Source: Giardia intestinalis (Eukaryota). From it: a stretch of DNA of 64,000 bases. Each line of letters opens with the position of its first letter. Within the stretch, counting starts at the first letter, position 1. Shown in pieces: positions 29,718 through 40,687 of this stretch. The stretch lies in assembly GCA_000002435.2 (NCBI GenBank), contig CM018793.1; one strand, given 5' to 3'. Position numbers and translations under genes: made by a program. Under the pieces are notes generated by a model. That model had not been told where the DNA came from, ran no database searches, and saw only the letters and a list, made by a program, of their open reading frames with translations.

Positions 29718-30548
29718 ATGTACCGAAGCGGGCCGCTGACCTGCAATGACGATGCCACAGACAGATACCTTCCAGTTTCCAAGCCAAAGAAGAGCACCAG
29801 AGAAATCGTAGTCAAGGATTTCTTGACAATGAACAAAAACATGGATAACGTCCGAAGGAATTCTCCCTACCACAGTGGGACGTCGCAGTACGTTCCCCCA
29901 TCTAAGAATAAGGACGCAGTTGTTTATAAAAAGATAAATTCTCCTGTTCGACGCTCTCCAGAACAGAGAAAGCCCAAGCCAAACATCATATTCAGCCCCG
30001 TGCAGCTTCCCCCAGAGCCAGAGGAGAGCAGGCGCAAACCATTTGTCCCTCAGATCAATAACTCCCAGAGCCATCTCTTGAGTCCATCTCGTTCGAGCGC
30101 CAAGTCTCCAATACGTGGAGTATCCCCGTCGCGCCAAACTACAAACAGACCTGTAACCATAACCTCCCCTATGCGGTCTTCGCAGCAGGAATACACGTAC
30201 GAGTTGTCTGCCCCTGCTGACTTGGGGCTGAGCCGCTCTGTGAGTCAGTCACAATATCGCAGTCCTTCAAAAAGGGGCAAAAACTCCATCATCAACGTAT
30301 CCATTCGCTCCCCTTCTAATTCTCGCGTGGCAGCGTACAACGAGATCCAGCGTTTGACCTTCAGTCCGATGTCTACCAGTACTCGTTGCAGAAGTGAGAT
30401 GGACAGAGACATATTGTCTGATAATAGGGATGCAGTAAGCACGATCACTCGCAAGTCCACGACTATCAAGGCTCCAATGAGATCAGAGCACTATCTTCTT
30501 CCATCTCGCAGAAAGTACCAACAAAACTACACTCTCAATCTAAAATAA
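29718..30548 (+). CDS. Hypothetical basic Ser/Pro/Arg-rich protein (276 aa).
   Basis: ORF with ATG. Divergent from the previous gene across a 50-bp spacer. Low complexity. The antisense 202-aa ORF is judged spurious. Confidence 0.4.
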   Translation: MYRSGPLTCNDDATDRYLPVSKPKKSTREIVVKDFLTMNKNMDNVRRNSPYHSGTSQYVPPSKNKDAVVYKKINSPVRRSPEQRKPKPNIIFSPVQLPPEPEESRRKPFVPQINNSQSHLLSPSRSSAKSPIRGVSPSRQTTNRPVTITSPMRSSQQEYTYELSAPADLGLSRSVSQSQYRSPSKRGKNSIINVSIRSPSNSRVAAYNEIQRLTFSPMSTSTRCRSEMDRDILSDNRDAVSTITRKSTTIKAPMRSEHYLLPSRRKYQQNYTLNLK

Positions 30549-30632
30549 TTGTTTGGATTGTTCTAAAAATTAAAAATCTTATTATTACAGTTGTCGCGAT
30601 AGAACAGACCGCCTTCGCTCTTTGCGCTCAGC

Positions 30633-32798
30633 TTATTGTGGTTTAACGACTTGTAAAAGGGGTGTAAAGAGTGCTACTATTTCGTTTTCTGAGTTATAAT
30701 TCATGGGGTATCCCCTTATTTCGGGCAGAAACCAGAGGGTTGGAATAATCTGCTGCGTATCAACTAAGACCTCGTCTGGTGGTCTAACGAAGGAGGCCTC
30801 CATCTTCCACAAATTGCCTCCAGAGGCCAGGGGGAGCGAGGCACATTCTTCAGTGTTATGAGCCTCAGCGCCATTCCTCTCCGTAGCAGCGGGTAGTAGT
30901 GCATTTATGTCCACCTTGTCCACTTTGAAGGATAGAGGAGCGTATGGAGCGTACGGCTCTGGACAGATACTCCGAGGGGGAATCTTGTCCCAACACCGAT
31001 GGATGTCCTCAATGAGAAGCACTAGCTGGAATTTTGTCAGGGTTGATAAAAACTGTACTGGGAACTGGGCCTGGCAGACTTCCTCTAAGAGTGTCTTTTC
31101 TGTATCCTTTTGTGTTGCGAATAATTGGAGTCCGAGAGCTACGTCTTGCCCCGTATGTTGGCACTTCGTGTTGGAAGATCCAAAACTATTGTACTGATCG
31201 TGTCCTCCGCGATTTCGTCTATGGTTCTGCAAAGAGTTATAGCTTACCTTGAAAGGAATTTGTGTGAAAATTCCCAGACGAAGAGCAGTAAGCGAGAGGT
31301 CTCGAAAGAGACACCCAGTTTTTATATGGGGAATAAGGACTGGGAATGCAGGAATGTTGTCACAATTGTATGGGGGGTCAGCAAGAAAGCCCAGTGTGAA
31401 GATCCAATGGCATAGAGATGTCTCAAGCATTGAGAATTGAAGAGGATTGTATGGCAGCAGAGCAGCAGAGACAGGATGGTCCAACTCTTTGAAGGCCAGA
31501 GTATCAGGGAGTGGGAATCTTTGCACAATAGAGCTGAGGAGTGCCCAGACAGTGCTCTCGCATTGGGACGGTTCAGTAAAGTCGTCAGCAAGAATCCTAT
31601 ATGCACAAGACACTCCACAGTGCTCTGCAAACTGGAGAATAAAGCTGTTGTTCTGTACGCAGTGCTCATAAGTGGATGGATTGGGGATTGGAAGAACTAG
31701 CGATTTGGTATCAGCAACCAGGACAGAGTAGATCTTTCCGAGAATAAGGTGAAAGTTGCACCCATTGCACCACGGATTAGATATAAGCTTGTCGTGGTCA
31801 AACAGAGGAGGCTCTAGAGATAACCATGCGAGCCATCGTGACACCTCTGTTTTGCAAAGTGCATGCTCGATGGGATATGATATGAGCATGTCGCTTCGTA
31901 GTTGCTGTAACGTGTGTGAACGCGGGGCACATAATTTCCAATCTGGATAGGCGTCCTGTTGTTGCTCTTCTTTAGCCTGTGGAGCAAAACTTGCGTTATC
32001 GGGGAATGGAACCCGGCTGCTGTGGTTCAGCAAAGGAGTATCCTCGACTTGACTCATTGGGGAAGGTGCTGTGGGCCTACTGTATGCTTGTCTAAGATCC
32101 TTCAACAGAAGAAGAAACATACGAAGAAAGTCGGGCCCTGCGCGCGCCAAGTCTCTTTCTATGAACAAATGAGCAGGAGAGACGAGCACATTGGTTCGAA
32201 GCACACTCAGTGCCTTTGTCCAATTGTTATAGGCCACGGCCGGAGTGTGCTGGTCTGAAAGGCCTGGAATGCTTGTGCACCCTAAGAGCTCGACAAGCTT
32301 GCCAAAGATAAACCCGTTCTGCATCGTGGCCTTTATTTTTGCAGGTGCTCCTGCAGTGGGTGTAGGCGAGACTGCGATTGACTGTAGAAGCTCAGGGATC
32401 TGTGCACTGAATGCGCGTGCCCACGGGTCAGTACCTTTCCTCAGTACACCTAGCATCCAAGATAACGTGTCCGCCTCGTCGTAAGTTAGTGCAACATCAT
32501 GTGAATCTGCAAGGGAGGTTGTGCTGGGGAGATCGGCTGGGGCTACATTACAGTGGGCCTTGGAGGTTCTTTGCCCTTTAGATGGAATGCCTGTCGATGC
32601 AGACCGTCTCCTTGTACTCTTACTATCTTTACGAATGGGTGTGCACTCATGTCGCTGTGGAAGAGAAGGTCTGAATGGAAGACCTGACTGCTTCTTTTGA
32701 ATGCCCCTGTCTTCGGCCTCGAGGATATTGAGTCCAATGTTGGGCAGGGAAAAAGCTGGAACAGATGTGTAGTCCTGGGTCTTAAAGAGGCTTTGCAT
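30633..32798 (-). CDS. Hypothetical protein (~721 aa).
   Basis: The track start at 32810 is TTG; the first ATG is at 32798 (MQSLFKT...). No recognisable domains. Confidence 0.5.
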   Translation of the reverse strand: MQSLFKTQDYTSVPAFSLPNIGLNILEAEDRGIQKKQSGLPFRPSLPQRHECTPIRKDSKSTRRRSASTGIPSKGQRTSKAHCNVAPADLPSTTSLADSHDVALTYDEADTLSWMLGVLRKGTDPWARAFSAQIPELLQSIAVSPTPTAGAPAKIKATMQNGFIFGKLVELLGCTSIPGLSDQHTPAVAYNNWTKALSVLRTNVLVSPAHLFIERDLARAGPDFLRMFLLLLKDLRQAYSRPTAPSPMSQVEDTPLLNHSSRVPFPDNASFAPQAKEEQQQDAYPDWKLCAPRSHTLQQLRSDMLISYPIEHALCKTEVSRWLAWLSLEPPLFDHDKLISNPWCNGCNFHLILGKIYSVLVADTKSLVLPIPNPSTYEHCVQNNSFILQFAEHCGVSCAYRILADDFTEPSQCESTVWALLSSIVQRFPLPDTLAFKELDHPVSAALLPYNPLQFSMLETSLCHWIFTLGFLADPPYNCDNIPAFPVLIPHIKTGCLFRDLSLTALRLGIFTQIPFKVSYNSLQNHRRNRGGHDQYNSFGSSNTKCQHTGQDVALGLQLFATQKDTEKTLLEEVCQAQFPVQFLSTLTKFQLVLLIEDIHRCWDKIPPRSICPEPYAPYAPLSFKVDKVDINALLPAATERNGAEAHNTEECASLPLASGGNLWKMEASFVRPPDEVLVDTQQIIPTLWFLPEIRGYPMNYNSENEIVALFTPLLQVVKPQ

Positions 32799-32868
32799 AC
32801 AGTATTGCAATCTGTATACTCAAAAAAACCACATTTTTGCTCCAGAAACACGTGGGTTCAGGCCTTGC

Positions 32869-33876
32869 ATGAGTTTCAATGAGCTCTATGACATCAGCTA
32901 TCATAAGATAGGTGAAAGCGCAGTTGGAATGGTCTATTATGGAACAGAAATCCGCACAAACACGCCCGTGGCAATTAAGCTCATCTGCAAGGCCTCAACA
33001 AAGCTCGATCCCTACTTTATGGAGCGAGAGGCAAATACACTACTATCCATCACCCATGAAAACATCAATCGCGTCCGCGGGATCTATGAGAGTGCAGAAA
33101 ACCTGTACATTGTCATGGACCTCTGCGTAGGAAACGATGTGTTCACTCATGCCATACGGAAAAAGTACTATTCCGAGGACGATGCCCGGGAGATCATCAG
33201 GCAAATCTGTCGAGCTCTAGCCTACCTACACTCGCGTCACATAGCGCACCTGGGGATTAAGCCCGAGAATCTTCTCATAACGTGCAATTCGCAAAGGCCC
33301 ATAGTTTCCCACCTCAATGACAGCGAAGGGCCACAGCCATCTCGGGAGCTTGATGAGAAATACCTTGTGAAGCTTGTGGATGTGATGCTATCTCAGTACC
33401 TACACGGGGGAGAACCGTTGATCAGGCCCGAATACATCTCATTCATGGCTCCAGAAGTCTTGCGCCATCAGCCATACTCCACAGAGCCGGACATCTACGC
33501 CATGGGAGTCACTACTTATCTTCTCCTTGGCGGCGTACTTCCTTACGAGGAGCGTGACGCAGGAGAGCTGCTGGTTCTCATTGAAAAGGGTCAATGGGGC
33601 TTTCAGAATGCAAACTTCAATGGTATTTCAGCTAATGCTAAGGACTTTATTACTCAGTGTCTCAAGCCGGCGATTTCTGAGCGCATTACAGCACGCAAGG
33701 CGCTTCAGCACCCCTGGCTCTGCGATCCTCTACCGCACATAGTTCCCCTCAGCGGAACCCAGTCTCAACTCGAGCGCTATCTCGCCTCTTTGAAATTGCA
33801 CACCATGTCTGTAACAGAACAAGAGCCAATCCCGGCCACAATCTTTACTAATAGTGGGGAGAATGTGCCACAGTAG
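32869..33876 (+). CDS. CAMK-like protein kinase homolog (335 aa) predicted to be catalytically inactive (pseudokinase).
   Basis: Kinase fold is recognisable: GESAVGMVYYG, VAIKLI, an alpha-C Glu, FMAPE and a C-terminal ALQHPWL. However HRD is replaced by HLGIKPENLL, so the catalytic Asp is lost, and DFG is replaced by DVM. Confidence 0.7.
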   Translation: MSFNELYDISYHKIGESAVGMVYYGTEIRTNTPVAIKLICKASTKLDPYFMEREANTLLSITHENINRVRGIYESAENLYIVMDLCVGNDVFTHAIRKKYYSEDDAREIIRQICRALAYLHSRHIAHLGIKPENLLITCNSQRPIVSHLNDSEGPQPSRELDEKYLVKLVDVMLSQYLHGGEPLIRPEYISFMAPEVLRHQPYSTEPDIYAMGVTTYLLLGGVLPYEERDAGELLVLIEKGQWGFQNANFNGISANAKDFITQCLKPAISERITARKALQHPWLCDPLPHIVPLSGTQSQLERYLASLKLHTMSVTEQEPIPATIFTNSGENVPQ

Positions 33877-33990
33877 CCACAACAAGATGTCTGATCGGGC
33901 TTTCGCTTTGATGCTCAGCTATGCAAGCAAGGGTTACTCGTGCCTTCACTGTAGATCTACTCTTGTAAACGATAGCATCAACAGTCTTCG

Positions 33991-35745
33991 ATGGTTGTTC
34001 CTGGGTTTTCTAGACTTTCAAAAACGGAATTTTGGTGCATGTCAAGCCTGGATACCCCCGTTTCTTCTCTTGAGCAACTCACACGGCTTAAGGTTGAAGC
34101 ACACAGCAACCTCCTGCACGGAGACTTCCAAGGGACACTACAGATCTGTCACGACGTATTACAGATTATTCACCGCCAACCAGAGAGTACGCAGCACGCA
34201 GAAGATCAGATTCTCTTCTTTCTCATGAGAATAGAAGCGGAGCTACGGCTGGGGCTCTTCCAGCAGGCTCGTGAGGGACTCGAAAAGCACATCCCGCCGC
34301 TTCTTGCTCTCCTTTCCGAAGAGCATCCTTTTAACATAACGCACATATTCGACTCTGTCCACCTAGAGCTTGCAATGGGGAATTATGCGACCGCACTGAA
34401 GGCAGCCAAACGACTTATAACTTACATACGTGCAGCTCAGCAAACTGCAGACGACATCACGAGGAACAACTTACAGTTGGCGCGGGCGCTTCTTATGTAT
34501 GCCCATGCAGCAGCTGGGATGAACGACTTCAAGGATGCATTCATTGCCCTTGCAGAGGCCAGAAACATCCAGATGTCCGCTGGCGCCGAGTGCGAAGCAG
34601 CGCTGACGACGGCTCACGAAATTTCCACCCGGCTGCTATCGGGAGATACAACCGATGCTGTGGTCAGTCTCGTTGCAGTGTGTGAAAAGATCCTCACGGA
34701 CAACCCTACCTGGGCTGGCCTGCCCTCGCTTTACCACAACATTGCCGTAGCACTGAACTGCGAGGGTAGACCTTCAGATGCTGTCGACTTTCTTGCGAAG
34801 GCCGCAAGCATGTGCAAGATATTCTATGGCGAAGGGTCTGCTGATTATTGTCGTGAACTTCTGAGCCTTGCGCAGACACAGCTTATCATAGGGAACATGA
34901 GTGAGTGCAGTTTGCTCTTAGAGAGAGTTGGGTCCGTGAGCAGCATGGCAACTGACGGAAATTACTGGTTTATTAAGGGAGATGTCGCATATCTGTCGGG
35001 GGATAGCGAGACGGCCGTCCAGCACTATCGCACAGCTATTATCCATATCACAAACCCAGTTATTAAGGCAGATGCAGAGCAAGCGTTAGCCTCAGCCCTG
35101 CAGGCCTCTGGCTCCCCAAAAGATGCCCTTTTGTTGCTAGACAAGCTAGCTAGTCGCTACGAAAAGCAATATGGAGAGCGCTCGCCGCGGACAGCATCGG
35201 TTTGCGTCTCACTGGGTAACATTTTTCGGCATCAAGCGCGATACAAAGAGTGTCTGGTGCTTTATGAAAGAGCCCTTAACATTTTCGAAGAGACCTATGG
35301 TCGCAGTCATGCGTACGTTGCAACCGTAAAGATCAATATTGGTGGGGTCTACTATACTCAGAGATCCTTCCGGAACGCCCTTATTTACTTTACCCATGTA
35401 AAAGCCATCCGTGAGGCCGTCTTCGGTCCTGTGCATCCACTCACCATTAGATTATATCTAGCAATCGCCAAGACCTACGAGCAAATCTGCATAGAACTAG
35501 CGAGCACAGTCACGGGGATGACCGCTTCAGGTAGTGCGAGCCTGGGTCCTCGAAGCGTCGGGCCAACAACCGGGAACATGGTCAGGCAGATAGCAGGCGA
35601 AGAAAGATCTAGTTTCGAGGAGGCACAAGCATTCTATGATAGGGCGCTAAAGGGGTGCATGGAAGCATATGGACCCAATGCACCCGAAACTATAGAAGTT
35701 CGCAAGAGTATGACGGAGTTGAAGAGACGGCGAAGAAACTGGTGA
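33991..35745 (+). CDS. TPR-repeat protein (584 aa; kinesin-light-chain / nephrocystin-3-like TPR units).
   Basis: Repeated 34-aa helical units with the spacing Y..AL.I.E..YG..HP..A.....IG.VY. The alternative ATG at 34039 has a better AT-rich context than the ATG at 33991. Confidence 0.6.
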   Translation: MVVPGFSRLSKTEFWCMSSLDTPVSSLEQLTRLKVEAHSNLLHGDFQGTLQICHDVLQIIHRQPESTQHAEDQILFFLMRIEAELRLGLFQQAREGLEKHIPPLLALLSEEHPFNITHIFDSVHLELAMGNYATALKAAKRLITYIRAAQQTADDITRNNLQLARALLMYAHAAAGMNDFKDAFIALAEARNIQMSAGAECEAALTTAHEISTRLLSGDTTDAVVSLVAVCEKILTDNPTWAGLPSLYHNIAVALNCEGRPSDAVDFLAKAASMCKIFYGEGSADYCRELLSLAQTQLIIGNMSECSLLLERVGSVSSMATDGNYWFIKGDVAYLSGDSETAVQHYRTAIIHITNPVIKADAEQALASALQASGSPKDALLLLDKLASRYEKQYGERSPRTASVCVSLGNIFRHQARYKECLVLYERALNIFEETYGRSHAYVATVKINIGGVYYTQRSFRNALIYFTHVKAIREAVFGPVHPLTIRLYLAIAKTYEQICIELASTVTGMTASGSASLGPRSVGPTTGNMVRQIAGEERSSFEEAQAFYDRALKGCMEAYGPNAPETIEVRKSMTELKRRRRNW

Positions 35746-35771
35746 TCTAGCCAATCTGGTTATCATGGCAG

Positions 35772-38700
35772 TTACACAGCTTTGCTCCTACGACAGCACA
35801 AGAACCATACGAGTACACCCACAGCGCAGCCAATTACGGCGATAACGGCAATTGCTATCCCCGTGATCGCGCCGGCAGAAAGAGACGATTTATTGCCCGC
35901 TTCACTCGAGTCTAGGCAAAGGGCGATCCCAGCCTGTTGAGGGGCTATACAAATGCGACAACCCTGAACGCCCTGGTAGCCATCTGTAATGGTTGTATCG
36001 TCACACCGCTTGCAAACGCCCTGAGAGCCACTAAAGGCAGGGAAGAATCCCTCGGTACAAGAAGTACAAGCAGAAGCGGCTGTGCTGCTACATGAGCTGC
36101 AGCCGAGCACACAGTTGGAGCATATGCCATTGGTATTTGTAAAGCCGTCTGCGCAATTTGTGCAAAGCCCGTCCGACGAGGAGGTGCACACAGCTGATCC
36201 AGGGTATCGAGACGTTGCATAGCACCCTCCATTGAAGAGAAAGAGACCTCCTGAACACGATTCGCATGTGCCATCGCCGGATGTTATGCACATCACATTG
36301 CGTGCGGCAGAAACTGGCTCGCATCGCCCATTGATGGGTGCTTCTCCAGGCGTGCACTTGGAACAATAGCGCGTGCCATCAATAATTGCATTACAAACTG
36401 CACAATTACCTGCTGCGGTCGCTGAGCATTCTTGCAAGCACGAGCCAAGACCTGTACCAGTAGAGTGAACGGTACCAGTTGGGCAAGTCAGGCAGTCGTT
36501 CTCTGTACCCCCTCCGCAGGTCTTACAAGAGGTACTGCACGTTACACACTCGCCGTTAGAAAGAAATGAGGAGTCTGTGCATGAGGTGCAGGTTGTTTCG
36601 TTTGTACAGCTTGTGCAGTGTTCGCCGGTGCACGGAGCACACTGTCCTTGCTTGTTGTAGTACCCTTGGTCGCATTTTTCAACACAAGACGCATCAGTCT
36701 GGTGGAGAATGTATCCGTCAGCGCATACCAAGCACGTACTTTCATCAGTGCATGTCATGCAGTTTGCTAGACACTTCTTACAGTGCACGTCGGTTTTACG
36801 GAGACGCATGATAAATCTGGCAAGTACAGATACTTCATAATATCCGCTTTGGCACCCAGTGCAGATACTAGAGTCCTCAGCATCCTCACAGACACAACCA
36901 AGAGGGCAGACCGTCTCGCAAACCACAAGCTCTGTGTCTGGAGTTAACGTAGGAGACGCGCCTGGTCGACATTCCACACATGAGTCTAGATTTTCGTCGC
37001 AACGCAAACAGTTCTCATCATTGCAGTTGAAGCACACATTGTTGATAGATCCCATCCCATCCGGGCATGCGTCCAAACATTGCGTTGATTCCCCGGAGAC
37101 CAGCAGATGCTTTCCCTGGACGCACTGAGTACAAATAGCAGGTCCGGGGCTTGATGGCGTTGTGCACATAGCACAGCCAGCTACTCCATTCCAGGAGGCG
37201 TCCCTAACAATTTGCAAGCTGATTGAATCTGTCCTTTTTCTTCTTATAGATAGTAGCCTTTCTAAGCGCCTCGCTCCGGAAATGCGCGTCGGAATATAAC
37301 GGGTAGGAATGCTGCAACGCATGCAGCGTCCACTCGCTTCATCGGTGGGGTCTACCTCAAAGTATCCGTCCGCACATCCATTGCAAGTACTTGTTCCAGG
37401 AACACATGTACACCCGAGAGGACAGATAGGAACAAGAGCTATGCATGATTTCTTATCTTGAGACAGCTGGTAGTCTGGCATGCACTCGGTACACTTTGTG
37501 TGCTCAGACGCGCTGCACCTGTTACAACCCTCGATTGAGCAGGCGCTGCAGCCCTGTTTATCAGCACACTCGATGCATATATTAACCGATTCGAGAGATC
37601 GTCTATATGCATACCGTCTACCAGGACTGAAAGTATGACCGAAGAAAGTAGCATCATTGGGTACGCGTCCGCAAGAAGAGCAGAAATCTCCACTACATGG
37701 CTCGCAACGTGCCGCGTCAGTTCTAGATGGATCGAATGTGAAGTATCCATCCGCGCACCCCGAACAAATATTTCCAACCGCACATGTACAAATAGAGGGA
37801 CAAGCAGAGCTGTCCTTAACGCATGTCAGGCCATTGAACGAAATGCTGTACCCCAGGAGACAGACACAACGTCCATTTTGCTCCTCTGAAAACTCGGGAC
37901 ATTCGGGAACACATTGATCACTCCGAAGGCTCAGCTTGTATGCTGGATTATAGCACGTGCTGCAGAGCTCGGGATCACCGTTGCACGTCTTGCAGGTCAC
38001 ATGGCAGCTATGGCACGTTCCCTCTACCAAGCCTTTCCCATCGTCGCACAGGGTACAAGTGACCTTTGACGTGCTTCGACGCAAGGACGAACCTTCCACT
38101 GTGCACGTTTTACAACCAGAGATGGCAGAGCTACACCGCACGCAATTCTCTGCTGAGGGCGTAGATAATGTAAAGTATCCCCTCTGACAGCTAACACACG
38201 TGGGAGACACATCTGTGCAGATGCAATTAGAGGGACAATCTTCGTGTCCAGAGTCGTCTAAGACGCAAACTTCCCCCTTTAACGTGTATCCTAAATCACA
38301 TTCTTTGCACACCACAATAAGGTCACCGTTTTCCTGCACCCCTCTGCAATCGATGCAGTGCTCAACTCCAATGACCGATCCATCGGAAAAGCTGCTCAAG
38401 TCACAAGGTATACACTGACCTTTCCAGCTACCACTGGCGAGGAAAAACCCGGATCTGCATGTTACACACTTGTCAATCTCTCCTCCAGAACACGTGTCGC
38501 ATGATTCGTCACATTTCTCACATCCCTGTAGCGTTGAGTAATACCCGTGAATACATGAGCACTTCTTATTTGTAGCTGCAACGGAATTAGGCGGACAAGC
38601 AGAAAGACATTCTGTTAAGGCAGGATTAAAGTACGGTGTTTCAGCAAAGCACTCTGCACACTTATTGGCCCTATGTGGGCACGACTTGCAGCCATTACCA

Positions 38701-40600
38701 CAGGGCTCACACAGCCCATCATCCATCCTATATCCATCCAGACACTCCTCACAGACAATGCTGTCAGACTCAGGAATGTATGAGCATAAGCCACAATGCT
38801 CCACCTCTAGCGCACACGATAAGCAAGTATCCCCTGAGACAACTCCTGCCGCTATAAAGCCCGGCTTACAGCTGGTACACAGAGCAGGAACATCTTGATC
38901 GGCACAGAGACAAGACAGGGGGCACTCGCTGGCTGGCAACGGGGTACAGAATCCGTCCTCATCAGGCTCGTACGCCTCCTGACAAGCAAGGCACTCAGTC
39001 AGGGCAGGATCACAAAGGACACAGTTTGGAATTGCGCAGGCGTTACACTCTGTTTTGTCAGTGCAGTCTACGCACATGTTATCTCGACACGCTGCACAGT
39101 GCTCTCCCTCACAAGCTACACAAGCTGTCCCGGTAAAGAAGTACTTAGGATCACACGCGTTGCAGGTAGCGACATCACTCTTACAATCTAAGCAATGTGC
39201 TATTGTACATGGAGAGCATTCACCTTCGTGAATTCCGTACCCGTCTCTGCACTTAATACATGTTGTCCCAGAAACTTCTGCACAAATGATATTCCCAGGG
39301 ATACTAGCCAGCGTATAGCAGCCTCCTTGAAATAGGAAATAACCTGTAGTCTTGCAGCCTGTGCACGCTCCATCGCGTACATCACAATGGTCGGCCGCTG
39401 CCTCTGTGCACTCTCCGTTGAGGGGGGCCTCCTTCTTTTGGTTACACTTGCTACAGTATACCTTACCCCCTATAGCGATTTGATTTTCTATGGAACAGAT
39501 CTGGAGTCCATAAGATCCTGTCGTTGCGTAGCATCCGCCACTATAAAGTAGATGCTCTCCCTCGCAGCTGATGCAAATCTGGGAAAAGTTTTTCTGACAG
39601 GTTGTTAGGCCTGATGTGCATATGCCTGCTACGGGGACGTCTTCTTCATAGGCACACTTGGTGCACAACGTTCCCTCAAAAGCTGTACAGTGGCCTATTG
39701 CACAGCTCTGAAGCCCGTTTCCTTCTGAGCATAGCTTAACACACCTCCCACTGCTTCGTAGGACATAGCCTTGTTGGCACTGTGTGCAGGACTCGTTCTC
39801 ACAGAGCAAGCAATGATCCACGGGACAATATGTGCATACGCCGTCAGTCACAGGATAATGACTTCCGCATTCTGTGCATTCACCATCACGAACCTCTGCA
39901 CAAATGGCTGATCCCGGATGTTCGTTGGCGTTGTAGCAGCCACCATTGAACAAAAAGTATCCATCGGCAACACAGTTGATGCATTGGCCACTCTCTGCAT
40001 CACAGTACGAGGAATGCTCGTCAGTGCAATGTCCATTGATTGGGGCCTCGTTCTCGTCATTGCATAGGCTACAGTAAAGCATGCCTTCGACAACTATCTG
40101 GTTATCGGTAGCACATATAGACTGGGCTAAAGCACTCTTGCTAGGGTAACAGCCTCCTCGATAAAGTAGGTGTCCTGATTCGCAAGATATGCAGATTCCG
40201 TGACTGTCTTTAACGCACGTTGTAACCCCGGTGTTACATACCCCGGCTGCCGGCACGTCTCCCTCGTGTGCGCACTTTGAGCATAGAGTGTCATCAAACA
40301 CAGTGCAGTGACCAACAGCACAATTTGTCTCCGAGTCTCCTTCAATGCAAAGGTCGACACACCGTCCTCTATTGGTAAGGGTGTACCCGTGGTCACAGAC
40401 TTCACAGATATACGGGTCTGTACATGATGTACAGTTCTCAGGACAGTCTGACACATCACTGAATAGAATGCGCTCTGCAGTGCCGGCCTTAGCTGCCAAA
40501 CGGCACAAGGCGCCGCCCTTCAAGTAATGGTTACTGTTGTGCAGATAATGGTGACGGTTGCTACACGTGCACATTAGGAGAGTAAGAATCCATGTGTGCA
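35772..40600 (-). CDS. High-cysteine membrane protein of the VSP-like cysteine-rich surface protein family (~1608 aa). It has a signal peptide, many CxxC / CxC / GGCY modules, a single C-terminal TM helix and a short cytoplasmic tail CRRSKAV.
   Basis: About 12% Cys. GGCY recurs five times (RGGCYPS, NGGCYNA, SGGCYAT, QGGCYTL, NGGCYAT). The C-terminus is GIAIAVIAVIGCAVGVLVWFLCCRRSKAV. The track start at 40655 is GTG. A true ATG at 40600 (MHTWILTLLMCTCS, a signal-peptide-like segment) is preceded by cacaaaacaaaaATG. Confidence 0.85.
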
Positions 40601-40687
40601 TTTTTGTTTTGTGGGCATCTACTGCAGAAAAGGCTCCATCTCCTATCCTGTACACTTGTAGATATCTGCTGTACTATCGACATCACG

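Noticed and set aside
29529-30137. 202-aa minus-strand ORF, Trp-rich.
   Set aside because: It overlaps the + strand Ser/Pro-rich gene (29718..30548) and the N-terminus of the 28085..29668 gene in a different frame. Its composition is typical of antisense translation, and no ATG context supports it.
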